DNA of 64,000 nt from Octopus bimaculoides (taxonomy: Eukaryota), in NCBI RefSeq assembly GCF_001194135.2, contig NC_068982.1, positions 8,751,821 through 8,815,820 on the forward strand, read 5' to 3'. The notes under the pieces are model-generated. The model was not told where the DNA came from. It ran no database searches and worked only from the letters and a program-made list of their open reading frames with translations. Shown here piece by piece: positions 24,823 to 40,028 of the stretch. Both the position numbers and the translations under genes were made by a program. The first letter of the stretch is position 1; every line of letters begins with the position of its first letter.

Positions 24823-26576
24823 CGCACACGCACACAGTTATAAATACATATCCACACATGACCATATTTGAGACGAAGTGAAAATAGCAACGTGGATAAC
24901 AGTATATGCGGCTTTACAGGGGAAAGATTTTTGCAAACATAAATTAAAATGTTATATATAAAAGCCCATTGAATACGGCCGAATTCGATATGTTCGTCTG
25001 CATCATTATAGGTTGTCCAACCATGTATAGAATATATTATGACAGGAAATATATTTATTAATTTAGACATTGATAATCGAAATCAGTTTCTGCAATTTAC
25101 CGATAAAGTTATCCACAAGGTAGAAATCAGGTCAGCAGACGTGCATCACTGATGGAACGACGTCCAGACCATGAAACTGATTGATAAAATTCAAATGAAA
25201 CTATTAATAAACCAGCCGTGCTAAATTTAATTAATTTAACATCGGCAATCAATCAAAGTAAAACCGACTGAACGAAAACGACTTTGAAAGTTAATGACTA
25301 AGATCAAATTACTATAGTATTATAGTTGATGTGATAGACAAAAGAATAAATAATAATACAAGGGGATAGAGCTGCTATTGGTGTTTATCGTACATTTACT
25401 GTTTCTGTAATTTTATATACAAAATTCCTATATTATTATGAATAAATAATGATCTTAAATAGCCGAGTCAAGTTGTTTACTTCATTACTTGACATATAGT
25501 ATCGATACATATATGTTACATAGTGTTGACAAACATTTCATTTTTATGCACCCAAATCAGACAGCAGCAGATATATCAAATATCATTCATTCTGGTAAAT
25601 AACTTAAGTAGTAGAAGACTATATACGCAACATACAAGTCATTCTCAGTAGTTGATGAGTTGACTTCCGATCCTCATACGGATCACAAGATAAGTTATTT
25701 TTATACTCAGATACAGAGCAATATCTTCACTAACTTATGTTTTCTATTATTCTCGCTTCTGCTGATTCAGGCTATGTAGGATGGTTGTTCAAAGCATTTT
25801 ATCATGTACACCCAACTGAAACACTCTCGCAGAGGAATGTTCAATCGGTTCGGTATATTTCTCAACTTACATGATTAGAATGTGACTATCTTAGTCTCCT
25901 TCGAAAAAATATTGATGTGGTTAGCCTACAAGATGGATACAGTATTAATTAGTAGGTCATTTTATATAAATGATCTCCAAACAGAATCTGATTTTCAGCC
26001 CAACCGAAGCAACGTATTCTCTGCTAAAAGGCTGGTGGATAGAGATGACATTAAAACAAATTAATGATTCGTCCATATTATGTAAATTCATTGCTTTATA
26101 ACCCCCCCCCCCCAGAAAATGAATAGATTAATTTAAAATAAATAGTACAAGACAAGCAGTATATGATTTAGTTACTGCACGATCCAAATATAGAGATACG
26201 CAATACAAAAGTAATTTTAACTCTTTATTTAGATATAATCTTCCTCATGCCAAGATAGGAGAGGCTTTTCTCTCCTACGCCATTTCTAAAATTATTATTT
26301 TGGGCGAATGAAAATGAATCGCCTTATAATCGGGTGTCATTGTATAATATTAAGTACTCCCTAGTGCTCATAAAATTATTACTGTTTACTAAAATTAGTC
26401 CTGAATTTTCTGTCCAATGGCAAAAGGTTTCTGTGTTGCAACTGTAATCAATGTAATGGACACTGAAAAAATAACTACTTTTTATTCCTAAGTATATATT
26501 GATGTATACGCATCACACACGCACACGCACACATGCATACATACATACATACATTATATATATATATATATATATA

Positions 26577-26735
26577 TATTCTTTTATTTGTTTCAGTCAT
26601 GCTGGGGCACAGCCTAAATGGTTTTTGTCGAACAAATCAGCCCCAGTATTTATTTATTCTAATCACGGTATTTACACTATCGAGTTCTTTTGCTATCGAG
26701 TTACAGGTTCGTACACAAAAAGCACCACGACATAG
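26577..26735 (-). mobile_element. SINE family A, degenerate 3' fragment
   Basis: TTCTTTTATTTGTTTCAGTCATGCTGGGGCAC is the reverse complement of the tail. Confidence 0.6.
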
Positions 26736-27919
26736 TTTAGTTTATGAGACAAAAGAAAACTATACATCGTGCAAGAAGTATGTCAGATTTTCCATAATAT
26801 TCTTGATTTTAAACTTTTAATTTCGCTTCAGTATCATTCAAACCATTTCTGTTTGATAATAATTAAAAATGTATTTACACATTTCATATTTTTATATCAA
26901 AGATATTTATTATTTTAACCACATACGTTTGGAAGTATACATTCACACATAAACAAATGCATGTAAAAAATCTACCCGAGTTAGAAACCCTTAATTAAGT
27001 ATTACCTAAGCTATTATTAGAATCCCAATGAAGGACAATCATGCAACATTCATTTATGGTATAATACAAACAACAAAACATTCATAAAGTAGGAAAACAA
27101 GAAGCCTTTAAGGAGTACAGTCCTACGAGAATGGAGGACAACTTAGTACAATTAGACCACAAAATATAGAATATTCACAGACTACAAACTTATCAGGCAT
27201 ATACGTCGATCATCTGCTGCCTAGTGAATATCATTATAGTTTCAACATCTGAGAAGTAACATACAGTCTGGTGGTTCAACAACGTTAAAAATAATGTATA
27301 TGTGTGTGCGTGTGTGTGTTTGTTACTGTACGCACACACAGAAAAAATACATACTCAATACATATACACTAGAGTTTATTTATTCCTCTAAAAGCTAGTG
27401 ATTCAATGTGCCAAAACTCAAATTCTGACTCTATGCAACCGAAATAAATACATTGGAGTAATCATACAATATTTGAAGGATATTCAACAGATATTTCCAA
27501 TTAAACTATATACTGGGTGTAATATATGTCTTTATAGATAATATACTATCGAGTTACAGAATTTTGTTCTATGCTGATTATATCGCTTTGCTGATCGATA
27601 TTCTGTGATTTGAACGAGAATACTATATAGTTTTATGCTTACAAACTTCAAGAAGTATCAATATGATATGTTCGGTGACAGTTGCCATGAAGTGGGTTCG
27701 CTTTAATGTCAGCTGAGGAGGATTTGTACAACTGATATTCTTTTCCATATCTAATAATATAGAATGACTATAAACAATGGCGTTTGACATTTTATAATCA
27801 AGAAGTATTTAGAGTTAAATGATAATGTACTTTTCTCTCTTTTAACATTTACAACTGTTTAAGTGATTTTTACATCACGTACAGGATAGATTTAGGTTGC
27901 AATATTCATCGAACGAAAA

Positions 27920-28330
27920 AGACGGCGTGTTGGCAGAAACGTTAGCACGTCGGGAGAAATACTTTGCAGTATTTCGTTTGTTTTTACGTTCTGAGTTCAA
28001 ATTCTGCCGAGGTCGACTTCGTTTTTCATCATTTCCGGGTCAATAAATTAAGTACCAGTTGCATACTGGAGTCGATCTAATCGACTGGCCCCCTCCCCCA
28101 AAATTTCGGGCCTTATGTCTAGATTAGAAAAGAATATCTTAAGGCAGCAAGCTGGCGGAAACGTTAGCACGACGGGCAAAATGCTTAACGGTATTTCGTC
28201 TGTCCTTATGTTCTGAGTTCAAATTCTACCGAGTTCGACTTTATTTTCCATCCTTTCCGGGTCAATAAGTTAAGTACCAGTTGCGTCCTGGAGTCGATCT
28301 AAGTGAATCGCCCCGCCTCATAAATTTTCA
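27920..28330 (+). mobile_element. Two tandem SINE family B copies (27920-28138 and 28140-28330)
   Basis: Two consecutive GGCAGAAACGTTAGCACG...GAGTTCAAATTC...TTTCATC...AAGTACCAGTTGC units. Confidence 0.9.
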
Positions 28331-28594
28331 AAGGAAAGACTTTGATGTAAAAATTATTACTTGGTAATTTTTCAAATAAATTTAAAATTTTGCAATGAAT
28401 GTTAACCCTGCAGCGAAATATTCATGCGTTCGTTGCAAAATATTCCTGTTGTTTTTACAAAATTTAAATTCATACCGAAATAATAAACAGATATTTCCTT
28501 TATTTTCAAAGTGTAAAGAGAAAATGTACAAATGTAAACTAGATATAAGGAAGGCAGAGAATAAGAAATTGTGCAAGAACTTATAATAATGAAG

Positions 28595-28755
28595 CGACGT
28601 GGCTGTGTCAGTAAGAAAATTTCTTTCAAACCAAGTGATCTTAGCTTCTGTGGCACTGTGCGGCACCTTCGGCAAATGAGTTAAACAATAGTCCCGGGAA
28701 GACCAAAGCTTTATCAGTGAATTTGGTAGATAGAAACTGAAAAATAACCCGTCGC
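28595..28755 (+). mobile_element. SINE family A, 5' half (3' half at 30745-30968)
   Basis: GTGGCTGTGTCAGTAAG...GGCACCTTCGGCAAAT...TTGGTAGATAGAAACTGAAAAATAACCCGTCG. Confidence 0.75.
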
Positions 28756-28789
28756 TTATAAATACTTATTCCACCTTCCATTTTGGAAA

Positions 28790-30240
28790 ACACAACCTCG
28801 CGAAGATTCTCGTGAATTCACGTGAATAAATCAATGAATCAATGAATCAAGGGACGTTATTCTTCGTTGGTAACTTTTGGATTTATGTCTCCCTTGGATT
28901 TTCATTCGGGCAAATTGTTGTGTGGTCAATTTGTTTACATGATTGCGTTCTTATACTTGTGTGCTGTCGTATTTCGTCACTGGGGCACATTTCGTCTGTG
29001 TGTGTAGTTTGTGTGTTATGGGTATTCAGATTTCACCTTTAGGAAAGTGACTATATTGGTGGGATTGCTGTCGCAGATAGTGGTTCTTTGAAATATCTGA
29101 GTGCAAAATATTGCTTGTGCATACATGTAGAGAAGGTTTCATCCCTGATATTCAGGATGTTATCTGTTGATTGTATAATGTTTAATTTTCAGTAATACAC
29201 AGTTCACATTTGGTACTCCGTCTTCTCTCTTTTTTGGCTTTAGCAATAACTTTTCACTCTATCTGGTAGTTGCTTATTCTACCTTCTTTCAATGTCCATT
29301 TCATATTTGACAAGGATGTTGCATTTAAAAAAAAATTGTCTCTGAATGACACCAGATGTTGTGTATACCTTTCCTTGAACGAGTTGCCCGTCATTCCGAT
29401 ATACATTTTCTATTCGGTTGGGGTCCGTGACCTTGGCCTTGTATACGAGTTCTTTCTCGAGACAGTTGTTGTTTAGAGGATGGTGGTTTGAGGATCCGAA
29501 GTTGCATTTTCTTTCAGGGGTGTTTCTGGTGTGTTTATATTTATTGTGATTTTATATTATTTACCCTATATGGGAAAGGCTACTATAGCTAACTTTCACA
29601 GTATTTCTGTGGAAGAATGTTTTGTGCTTGTGTGAATGTAGGAAGTGTTTGTCTATTAGATTGGAGGATTTCCTAAGTTAGTATCGACATCCATGCATTA
29701 AAGTTTCAATTCTTTTTTACTCAATAAGAATTATCATGAAAGAGTAATGATTTCCTTGCGTTCATAATTATATCTTAATCAGTATTTGTTATAGTGACAT
29801 ATATCTCTAAATTCAACTGCCTGCTGAAGCAAGCTTTTGGAGGTCGAGGGGTAGAATTCTACGATATCAAATAGTATGAATTTGCGTTAAGGCTTGTCTT
29901 CTATTTTCTTAAACCATTCAATAGTTGCACTATTGCCTATCCATTGAATAAGATTTGAGTGTTCTCTGATATGTCGTATATTATCTAATATTGATTTACT
30001 AATAATTCCTATTTCGCTTTTCGTGAGATTTATTACTCTACAGCTAGGATTTTTGCGTGAAGTTATTCTTGTGGTCTCTCAGAGTTATAAAAGGATTATA
30101 AGTGGTGGGGTTTGTTTTCTTTTATGTCTTAGTTGTTGTCGGTTAATTTGTTGTTTGTTTGGTTGTTTACTTCATAATTATTTTTTTGTTTTATCTGCTT
30201 TAATAAATATGTTCGTTGATGTTTTGAAATGATCGATGTA
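28790..30240 (-). mobile_element. Penelope-like element, internally deleted (RT N-terminal part + GIY-YIG)
   Basis: PFITLRDHKNNF..NPSCRVINLTKSEIGIISKSILDNI...WFKKIEDKP*RKFILFDIVEFYPS (PLE RT), then PLNNNCLEKELVYKAKVTDPN / KMYIGMTGNSFKERYTQHLVSFRD (GIY-YIG). Stops and frameshifts present; boundaries approximate. Confidence 0.88.
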
Positions 30241-30307
30241 TGTCTGTAATATGTGTTGGAACTTGGATTTTTGGTTGAATTTTACATTTCTAATTACGTT
30301 TATATGA

Positions 30308-30738
<431 letters not shown>

Positions 30739-30744
30739 CTTGTG

Positions 30745-30968
30745 TGTGCTTGCATTTGTGTTTTGTTTGTCTCTCACCACCACTTGACAACCAGTCTTGG
30801 TTTGTTTATGTCTCCGTAACTTTGCGGCTGGTCATAAAATCCGACGAAAGAAATCCCAGACTTTTAAAAAAGTAAGCACTGGTGTCGATTAGTTTGACTA
30901 AGCACTTCATGGTTGTGCCTCATCATGGCTGCAGTCCAATGACTAAAATGAGTAACAGATAAATGATA
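30745..30968 (+). mobile_element. SINE family A, 3' half
   Basis: CACTTGACAACC...CCGTAACTTTGCGG...CATGGCTGCAGTCCAATGACT. Confidence 0.75.
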
Positions 30969-33151
30969 AAGTATTTATTAGAAGTGCAGATTAATGCATC
31001 GGAAATTCACACTGGAAGATATTTAGCGTAAATGAACCAATACCAGACAATTTGTTCTCGGTGCATTTTTAGATATTTATTCAGTAACCTGAGGATTCTT
31101 CATTATTTTACCAAATATCTCAGAAAAAGAATGCATACAGGTCATACTTTGCTGAATTTACACTCAAGGAAATCATTCTCACGTTTGCACACTGGGTGTG
31201 GCGAACAATATTCCTGAGTAGAGTAAAAGTAGGATAAAAGTATTAAATAAATGCTGGAGGAGTTGGTCACATATTTATTATAACTAATTTTTTAACATCA
31301 TATTCACAAACAAAGACAATATGCTGGCTCTTAATATCAACTAAACTACATCAAAAACCTCTAGGGAATATTTTCTCTCCACGCATCCTGCATGACAACG
31401 AATGTCTAGACAATGTCATCCTGCTCTTTTGGAATTTGATATCAACTAGATCTATTTGTCAATAGTAACGGTTGCAACTTTGAGATTAGAAATTAATTAT
31501 TTACTGCTAATCCTGGTAGCGGTTTCTTACTGTATTATATTGGAATAAGGCAATTAAGTATTGGCAGCGTAACCTATAAATAGAGTAATATTTATTTATT
31601 TCATTTGACCGGTTCTCATATAGTCGGCATTAAATCATGTCCTTTATATCTATATATACACTTTAGCACATTTTACTAATTTTAAAATAGTCCTTAGTTA
31701 GAAAGAAACATCATTAGCTCCAATGTCTTGTTACATTGCTTACGTTCCACAAGTAATAGAAAATATTGATGTTTCTAATATTTGTGGAGATTTATGAAAT
31801 ATTTTTATTACATATATCTGAAAGACATCAATGGTATTGGCAGTAGTAAGGTTATATTTTGTTATTCAGTTTTCTCGAGTTTGTTTCTTGTTCATATATA
31901 AATATACATATATGTATATAGAGAGATTTTGAAGCGATGTACAGATATTGTATATTTTTCCTTCCCCAACCTACGAGGTCACTAAATACTAACACAACAA
32001 ATCTGACCACACCAATACAAAAGCCACGCCTCTTTACCTCTCTCTCCTTCTCAAACCTTTTTTCTTCTATCTTATGCCTTTGCTTGGAAAATCTCACAAT
32101 TGTTTATACATAAAAAGGCCAAGAAATCTAACTTAAAAACCACTTTTTGATAAATCCAATAACGGAAGAAAGCGCTGACAGTATAAATAAAAGTGCATAT
32201 ATATATATATANNNNNNNNNNNNNNNNNNNNNNNNNNNNNNNNNNNNNNNNNNNNNNNNNNNNNNNNNNNNNNNNNNNNNNNNNNNNNNNNNNNNNNNNN
32301 NNNNNNNNNNNNNNNNNNNNNNNNNNNNNNNNNNNNNNNNNNNNNNNNNNNNNNNNNNNATATATATATGTATATATATACACACACACATATATATATA
32401 TATATAATTATCTAACATTCTCCTTAGATTATTATTCTAAATATACATATACGTATATACACATATACATACACGTACGTGTATATGTCTGAATGTGTGA
32501 CATTACAATTTGTCAAAACCGAAAATTGCATTTTTATTGAACGGCTGACACGCATTTTATCCACTCCATTGTTAATCTTCCTTATCACTTGAAAAGTATT
32601 GTGAAATAGTGTCTGATCTGCATTTATTTGACATATAACCTAGGTAAAGATAATATATGCAGCGAAGAAATAAGAATAGATTGAATATATTCCCTGTATA
32701 TTAGCTAATCATGATTTATTCATCTCGAATTAGATAAGAGACAATAGTTGTGAATTATGATGTTAGATGTGCAAAGTATCAACCGTCGTTTATCTGTTCT
32801 GCCAATTTGTGGTTCTAGAGTAAATTCTAATATTTGCTTCGCGTAAATATGTGTTTTGTGAAGTAAGCTTGAACTTACCTTTTTAATATCAGTAACTAAT
32901 TGATTTCGTATACTTTAATATAATGATATTGCTAAATAATGGCCCCCGTAAATAAGTAGAATACTACCTTTCAGTTCCAAAGTACAATTCGTATGCTGGT
33001 AAGGAGATTGGTCAGTATTGCGATCTTCAGCTTCAGAGAAACACGAATAACATTATACAACAAGAGAAAACAGGTTTCTCATTTATTTTTCAACACATAC
33101 ACACACACACACACACACGCACACACACGTATAGACACAAATGTATATACA

Positions 33152-33198
<47 letters not shown>

Positions 33199-33287
33199 GT
33201 ATGTATATATACATATATGTATATGTAAATATATATACACACACACACACGCGCATATATGTATACATATATATAGATATACATACG

Positions 33288-33318
<31 letters not shown>

Positions 33319-33332
33319 GTATGTATATGCAA

Positions 33333-33389
<57 letters not shown>

Positions 33390-35508
33390 TAAAGTTTAGA
33401 AAATTATGGCCGACATTTGTTAACATTGTTCTTTAATTGAATCAATATTGAAGAAAGGACTGACTACAATATATTTATTTTTTTAAATATTTGAAAGGGT
33501 AAAAATGTGTTGGCATAAAAAAGTAATTACAGGAAACGGTTGGAGCAAACCTGATTCTCAAGTATTTTGCTTTGAGAGAACGATTAATCTAAAAGATATT
33601 AAATCAGCTGCATTGTGCCAGCTTTTCACTTTAATAAAAGATTTCTATAAAATCCTACCATATGATCAAGAGAAAATTTTTTGGCAGAATTTAAATCTGA
33701 AATAGATAGTTAATGTGTCATCGTTTTATTCATCGTCTTGATATAAGATTGTTCCTTTGCGTATCTTCTTTAAAATCTATATTATAGACAATTTCTGTAA
33801 GTAGATATCAGAGACGATTTAAATATAAATTGGTTCGAAATGGATAAAGAAAGCTAAAAACTCTTAATTTCCTGCAACCCAAAACGCTTTCGGCATCACC
33901 ATCCCTATGGTTTAGATTTTTGTACTTTATATATGTTGCATTAAAAATCGATTAAACTCTCAATTTACTTACATCCAGAAACCTAGATTAGGAATTGATA
34001 TATTTGAACATGAGGTAAAAGAACTAGACCGACTAAGGATATCTTACGTTGGTATAGTATTATAACGTGTGACATCATGTCTCCTGACACAAATCTGATT
34101 TTATTGGATATTAATATCTGTAGTAATATTTAATATAACATGAGCCATTTTCGTTGATTTCTCTCCTCTAGATCTATTTCATTCGCTGGCAATTTGTGTA
34201 CTATTTCAAATTGCTCCCATTATTATTTCTCTTTTTTTTTCAAATTGTAACGGAAAATGGACTCGGGGCTTGTAGTCAATACCTGGCGCCCTATTTAAGA
34301 GTGGTTACTTTATCTAAAACTAGAATATATAGGTCAATCATTGCTAGTAAGTTTTTTCTGAGTAAAATACTGTAAGCATGAATATTTCTCAGTTCATGGT
34401 TCCATTTTAGCTCACTAGATGGCTTTGTAGATCTGTAAACATAAAATAGTATGGAAGAGACAAAGACACGGTTCTACATCGAATTTTATTACTATCCTAT
34501 TCATGTCAGTGGCTAAAGGATTGAACCCCCCCCCCCACACACACACACAGAGTCTCCTGAAAGTCGAACATGTACAATATTTTCCCCCCACAATGTTTTT
34601 GTATATTTTTCCAAACCATCAATAGTGTTAGCCATATGAAAAAATTCCTACAAATTACCTGATGGATTTCTAGAGCAAGCATACTTTTATAATGATAATT
34701 TGAAAACGTTATCTTTTGATATTACTAGCTATTGACATGAAGACCTCATCACATTCTTGTATGTTATTTCAAAGAGTATTCAAGCAATTTGTGTATCTAG
34801 AGTACCTGCCTTCTGTATTCAATAAATAATAACAAATGTCCATGCGAATACAACTATGTCATATAATTTACTATGAATGCCTACGTTTAGTCTCTAAGCT
34901 AACATTTGTAACGCACTTAAAACTTACGTTTCATAAATTTTATTTTGGAAATGGATGCTATATATTCTATGTACACTTGACTCTACTTCGTTTTATAATT
35001 TTGNNNNNNNNNNNNNNNNNNNNNNNNNNNNNNNNNNNNNNNNNNNNNNNNNNNNNNNNNNNNNNNNNNNNNNNNNNNNNNNNNNNNNNNNNNNNNNNNN
35101 NNNNNNNNNNNNNNNNNNNNNNNNNNNNNNNNNNNNNNNNNNNNNNNNNNNNNNNNNNNNNNNNNNNNNNNNNNNNNNNNNNNNNNNNNNNNNNNNNNNN
35201 NNNNNNNNNNNNNNNNNNNNNNNNNNNNNNNNNNNNNNNNNNNNNNNNNNNNNNNNNNNNNNNNNNNNNNNNNNNNNNNNNNNNNNNNNNNNNNNNNNNN
35301 NNNNNNNNNNNNNNNNNNNNNNNNNNNNNNNNNNNNNNNNNNNNNNNNNNNNNNNNNNNNNNNNNNNNNNNNNNNNNNNNNNNNNNNNNNNNNNNNNNNN
35401 NNNNNNNNNNNNNNNNNNNNNNNNNNNNNNNNNNNNNNNNNNNNNNNNNNNNNNNNNNNNNNNNNNNNNNNNNNNNNNNNNNNNNNNNNNNNNNNNNNNN
35501 NNNNNNNN

Positions 35509-35544
<36 letters not shown>

Positions 35545-35545
<1 letters not shown>

Positions 35546-36520
35546 TGTCCTCAGAATCCATCCAGCCACTCGCCTGCATAGTGTTGCCATCTTGGAAATA
35601 TGTACATGGAATGTTGTATCATTGCTCAAGTGAACCCCCAGGTCACGCACCATATTACCTTCTGCTCCAGTGTATTCTGATTTTAACCTGGTGTTGGACC
35701 GATAGTGGAGTGCCTGAAATTTCATAGCATTGAACTGCATGTTATGTTTCGTAGCTCATTTGTATATTTCATTCAGGTCTTTCTGCCGTTTTATAATTTC
35801 CTCTAGGTTCCTAAATGCCTGCCATACTCTTGTGGCGTCAGAATAACTGGTCAGACTGGCTGACAGTACCACGGAATGTATGTTTGAGAGGGGCACTAGA
35901 AATAGTAGTGGCCCCACTATATTTCCCTGTGGGACTCCGCTGAGAATTGGTGTATATTCAGAGTGGGCACCATTGGCTTTAACTGTCTGAATCCTTCTCT
36001 TCAGAAAATCACACAGCCAGTCTCCCAGTAATACCAAGGTTTCGCAGCTTGTGACATATCATGCCTGGATCAACCTTGTCGAAGGCCTTGGCAAAGTCGA
36101 AGTATATCACGTCTACAGCTGACTGGTTTAACTTTTGTTTTAGTACCCGGTCAAAGTGCTGCAGCAGCTGTGTGAGGCAGCTGTTCCGTGGATGGAAGCC
36201 ATGTTGCGAGTATGTGAGAATGTTGTTTTCTTTTAGGAACGTGATCAGCCTTTTTCTGACAATGAGTTCCATTGTCATGCTAACATGTGAGGTAAGAGAG
36301 ATGGGCCTGTAGATTTTAGCATCTGCTCCGCACCCTCCCTCATGGACAGGGCATATTGTACTCTCTTTAGCATGTTGGGAAGTGTACTAGATGCAAGGAA
36401 ACTCTGAAAGAGTACCTGCACTGGATTTACAAGAGCCTTTTTACATGTCTTTAAGAGAACAGCCTGGATTCTATCTGGGTCTGTTGCTGACCACAAACTT
36501 GAAGGCATTGAAATGGAAAG
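35545..36520 (-). mobile_element. CR1-group LINE reverse transcriptase fragment
   Basis: VDVIYFDFAKAFDKVD, SGVPQGNIVGPLLFL, SYSDAT (YADDT-like) and VRDLGVHLSND; frameshifted. Interrupted at its 3' side by (TA)n and a gap. Confidence 0.9.
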
Positions 36521-36960
36521 ATCCTATGGGATTTTATGATTCAGTGCAACTATGAGATTGAGAATAAGAAGCCGGACGTTGTCTTAGTTGAGAAAGAAAA
36601 CAAACTAAGCTGGATCATAGACATAGCACACCCAGCTGACAATATATGCGATAAGGAAGAAAGAAAAGTCGAGAGATATGATAGGTTAGCTTGGGAAGTT
36701 AAGCATTTGTGGTCGATGAAAATGGTAGCAATAGTACCAATGATTGTCGGAGCCCTGGGAACAGTTAGCAAAAATCTCGAGAAGTACGTGGAACAAATAG
36801 CGGCTGCCAGAAGGGTGGAATACTTGCAGAAAACAGCACTGCTTGGAACCACTCGAATACTCCGGAAGGGGCTCGAAAAATAAGAGGTGTTACTTTAGTT
36901 CATTGGTAGTGAACAGATGACACTGTTGTACATCTCCAGCGTTAGAAGCTGTGCAAAGGC
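36520..36960 (+). mobile_element. R4/Dong-type non-LTR retrotransposon, 5'-truncated, intact RLE and 3' UTR
   Basis: KKPDVVLVEKENKLSWIIDIAHP...EERKVERYDRLAWEVKHLW...IVGALGTV...LQKTALLGTTRILRK (PD..D/ExK restriction-like endonuclease), stop, about 77-nt UTR, then (AAT)n. Confidence 0.9.
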
Positions 36961-36985
36961 AATAATAATAATAATAACAACAACA

Positions 36986-37170
36986 ACATCGAAAAATACC
37001 TTAGGAATGAGAACCCAGCTTCTAAATTTCCCCAAGACACCTGGTGAAGGCTGGAGGGTATATCAGCCGAAACGTTATGTTAATAACAAACAAGATGAGG
37101 GCAAATATCCGTCGAATGTAAATAATGTAAATAATGTAAATAATGTAAAATATCTTCACTTACAAAGAAT
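36986..37170 (+). mobile_element. Hammerhead-bearing tail of the chimeric SINE (headless copy)
   Basis: ACATCGAAAAATACCTTAGGAATGAGAACCCAG... near-identical to the reverse complement of 3730-3885. Confidence 0.85.
37035..37080 (+). ncRNA. Minimal type I hammerhead-like fold (family 1)
   Basis: GACAC-CTGGTGA-A-GGCTG-GAGGGTATAT-CAGCC-GAAAC-GTT-ATGTT. GAAAC-GUH is intact; A6 is mutated to G. Confidence 0.7.
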
Positions 37171-37394
37171 TTGAATAACGTACAGAATGCGAAATTAAAA
37201 AGAAAACAATTCAAGAGTAGATGTCAGAGAACAACATGGAAATGTAGAAGACACAAAATCAATGGTAATTACTTGAGACTGATCATTTAACTTCATTATT
37301 GAAGAAACAGAACAAAGTCATAAGAAGACAATTAGATCTAAATATATTCAAATTATCAAAATTGTAGCTGAAATGGTTTCAAATTCTGGTATAA

Positions 37395-37585
37395 GGCGGG
37401 CAAGGTCGGCGCAACAGTCTAGTTGATTACATCAATGCCAGTGCTCAAATGTCACTTAATGTATCAAGCTAGAAATGATGAAAGGTAAAGTCGACTTCGG
37501 TGGAATTTGAACCCAGAACATAAAGACGGACGGAATACTGCAAAGCATATTTCCCGGCGTGCTAACGATTCAGCCAGTCACCTCC
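37395..37585 (-). mobile_element. SINE family B copy
   Basis: GAAAGGTAAAGTCGACTTCGGTGGAATTTGAACCCAGAAC...CCCGGCGTGCTAACGATTC. Confidence 0.8.
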
Positions 37586-37704
37586 CTAATGCAGATTAAA
37601 ATGATAAAGATTGAAAAAAATACTTTGTATTCAGAAGAAAATTTACACCATTATTTTATGAGCCAAGGAGTATTGTTTGAAAATATGTTGTTTTTTCCTT
37701 CGTG

Positions 37705-37893
37705 TAATGCCGGGTTCATGTGGGCCGGTTTCCCGGTTTCGGTGGCGTATAAGTTCCCCACCTGGGTGGACTGGAGCAACAGGAAATGAAGTGTTTTTCT
37801 CAAGAACTCAACGCATCGCCTCGTCCAAGAATCGAAACCACAATCTTACGATCATGAGTCCAACGCCCTAACCACTAAGCCACGCCCCTCCAC
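37705..37893 (-). mobile_element. SINE family C (tRNA-derived head)
   Basis: Minus strand GGAGGGGCGTGGCTTAGTGGTTAGGGCGTTGGACTCATGATCGTAAGATTGTGGTTTCGATTC (A and B boxes), followed by a non-tRNA body. Confidence 0.75.
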
Positions 37894-39193
37894 GTTTGAA
37901 AATATAGTACTACTAATTCATTTTCCCCCGAGTATCTATCTTAGGGCAACTTCCTGGTTTAATGAACAAGCTCAAAGAATTTTAATTAGGATTTTGATAG
38001 AAGGAAGTTCTACCTTGCATCAAAATGCTTCAAATTAGAGATATAATTTGATAACGTCAGTACATTTCCTCCACTATCTTCTCTGAAAGTAGAAGAACGA
38101 TTGATGTAAAGTTCTTTGAATCTTCCGCCCAGTTTATCGCTATTAAATGCCTCTACATCGAGAGAGACATTCGCTAAAATATGGAGGATCATGCGGCAAT
38201 AAGATTAAATAAATCAACACTCGTCGATTACGCTTTCTGATTATCATTTTATTAGGAGACACTATTAGTGTACTCCTGGACATATTTACAGCCCATTTTG
38301 AGGTACAGTGTAAGCTAAAAACTTCCCACCAATTGGTAATAATATCCTGTCATTTTCTTCATAATCCCTTGGTTAATTTCTTGGTCAGTCACTCGAATCA
38401 GGTTTTCTTATTGTGGCTCCTGTAACATCTATTCTTTTCTCTAATCGTCGTTCATATTGTGCCTTCTTTCTTGATTAACAATTCCTAATCATTATTAAAT
38501 TAACTCCCGCTTTACCTTTCATCATACGACACCAATAAGCTCCATTTCGCGATTTAATTTCATGCCTTTAACCCAAGTTAATAACTCACTTTGTACTAAA
38601 TACCCTCTTTATTCCTAATTACTATTTGTTCCCTTTGCACTTTCTTCAGTCTATTGTTTATTATCTCAGCTTCTCTCGATTCAAATCTCGCTGTTGCCCT
38701 CTAAGATCATACTCCGCCGTAACACACCAAATTCTCTTTCACTAATAAGTTAAATTAAAATGCACTTGATATTATGTAATTGGTAGCATCCGTATCTAGA
38801 AAATACTGTTACACAGTTATTACAAAGAAGATTATTTAGATATAGATATCTGGAAAACCCTCGTATCGATGATAATACGTTGCACACATTATACCAAGTA
38901 TTTATGAATACAATTATTAACATACAAATGATTACAAAACTCCATATGCTGGACATACAATTACATTTCACGAAAATAGTTATCACTATTCAGATATTTG
39001 GATAGCTCCGAGGCAATGACCTACCGTTACATTTTAAAACGGAAGTTAGGAACACAGTTATTAATATATACTTAATAGAATAGATAGACGTTCGATCGTC
39101 ATGACAATGGGTTGCTCTAGGCCTCATGCGCTAGAATTGTCGGCTAAATAGTAAGAAAGATACCGAAAGTCAAACAAGCGCTATTGGTACATG

Positions 39194-39253
<60 letters not shown>

Positions 39254-40028
39254 CATATATATANNNNNNNNNNNNNNNNNNNNNNNNNNNNNNNNNNNNN
39301 NNNNNNNNNNNNNNNNNNNNNNNNNNNNNNNNNNNNNNNNNNNNNNNNNNNNNNNNNNNNNNNNNNNNNNNNNNNNNNNNNNNNNNNNNNNNNNNNNNNN
39401 NNNNNNNNNNNNNNNNNNNNNNNNNNNNNNNNNNNNNNNNNNNNNNNNNNNNNNNNNNNNNNNNNNNNNNNNNNNNNNNNNNNNNNNNNNNNNNNNNNNN
39501 NNNNNNNNNNNNNNNNNNNNNNNNNNNNNNNNNNNNNNNNNNNNNNNNNNNNNNNNNNNNNNNNNNNNNNNNNNNNNNNNNNNNNNNNNNNNNNNNNNNN
39601 NNNNNNNNNNNNNNNNNNNNNNNNNNNNNNNNNNNNNNNNNNNNNNNNNNNNNNNNNNNNNNNNNNNNNNNNNNNNNNNNNNNNNNNNNNNNNNNNNNNN
39701 NNNTATATATATATATATATCTGCAGTAGCATTCGCTTGAATATCTCTCTCTCTTTCTTTCACACAAACATTTTAGCATTCTCTTTTCTCGACATGAAAT
39801 TTATTTAAACCACAGGAATCTATCATTAGCATTTTAACATAATACAAAAAAAAAAAAACTCTATTATTAAATTTACTCAGTGATTAATCAATCCAAGCTC
39901 AATATAACAGCTGTAACGCTAGATATTTCCTGATGGCTTGCTATTTTAGTTTTTATATATATATTTAATAGTTATATCTATTTTATATATTTTGTATATA
40001 ATGTCGTATCAAATAATTTTCACCATAC

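Noticed and set aside
25144-25185. CTGATGG...CCAT-GAAAC hammerhead-like
   Set aside because: The core would need a multi-base deletion and there is no NUH triplet.
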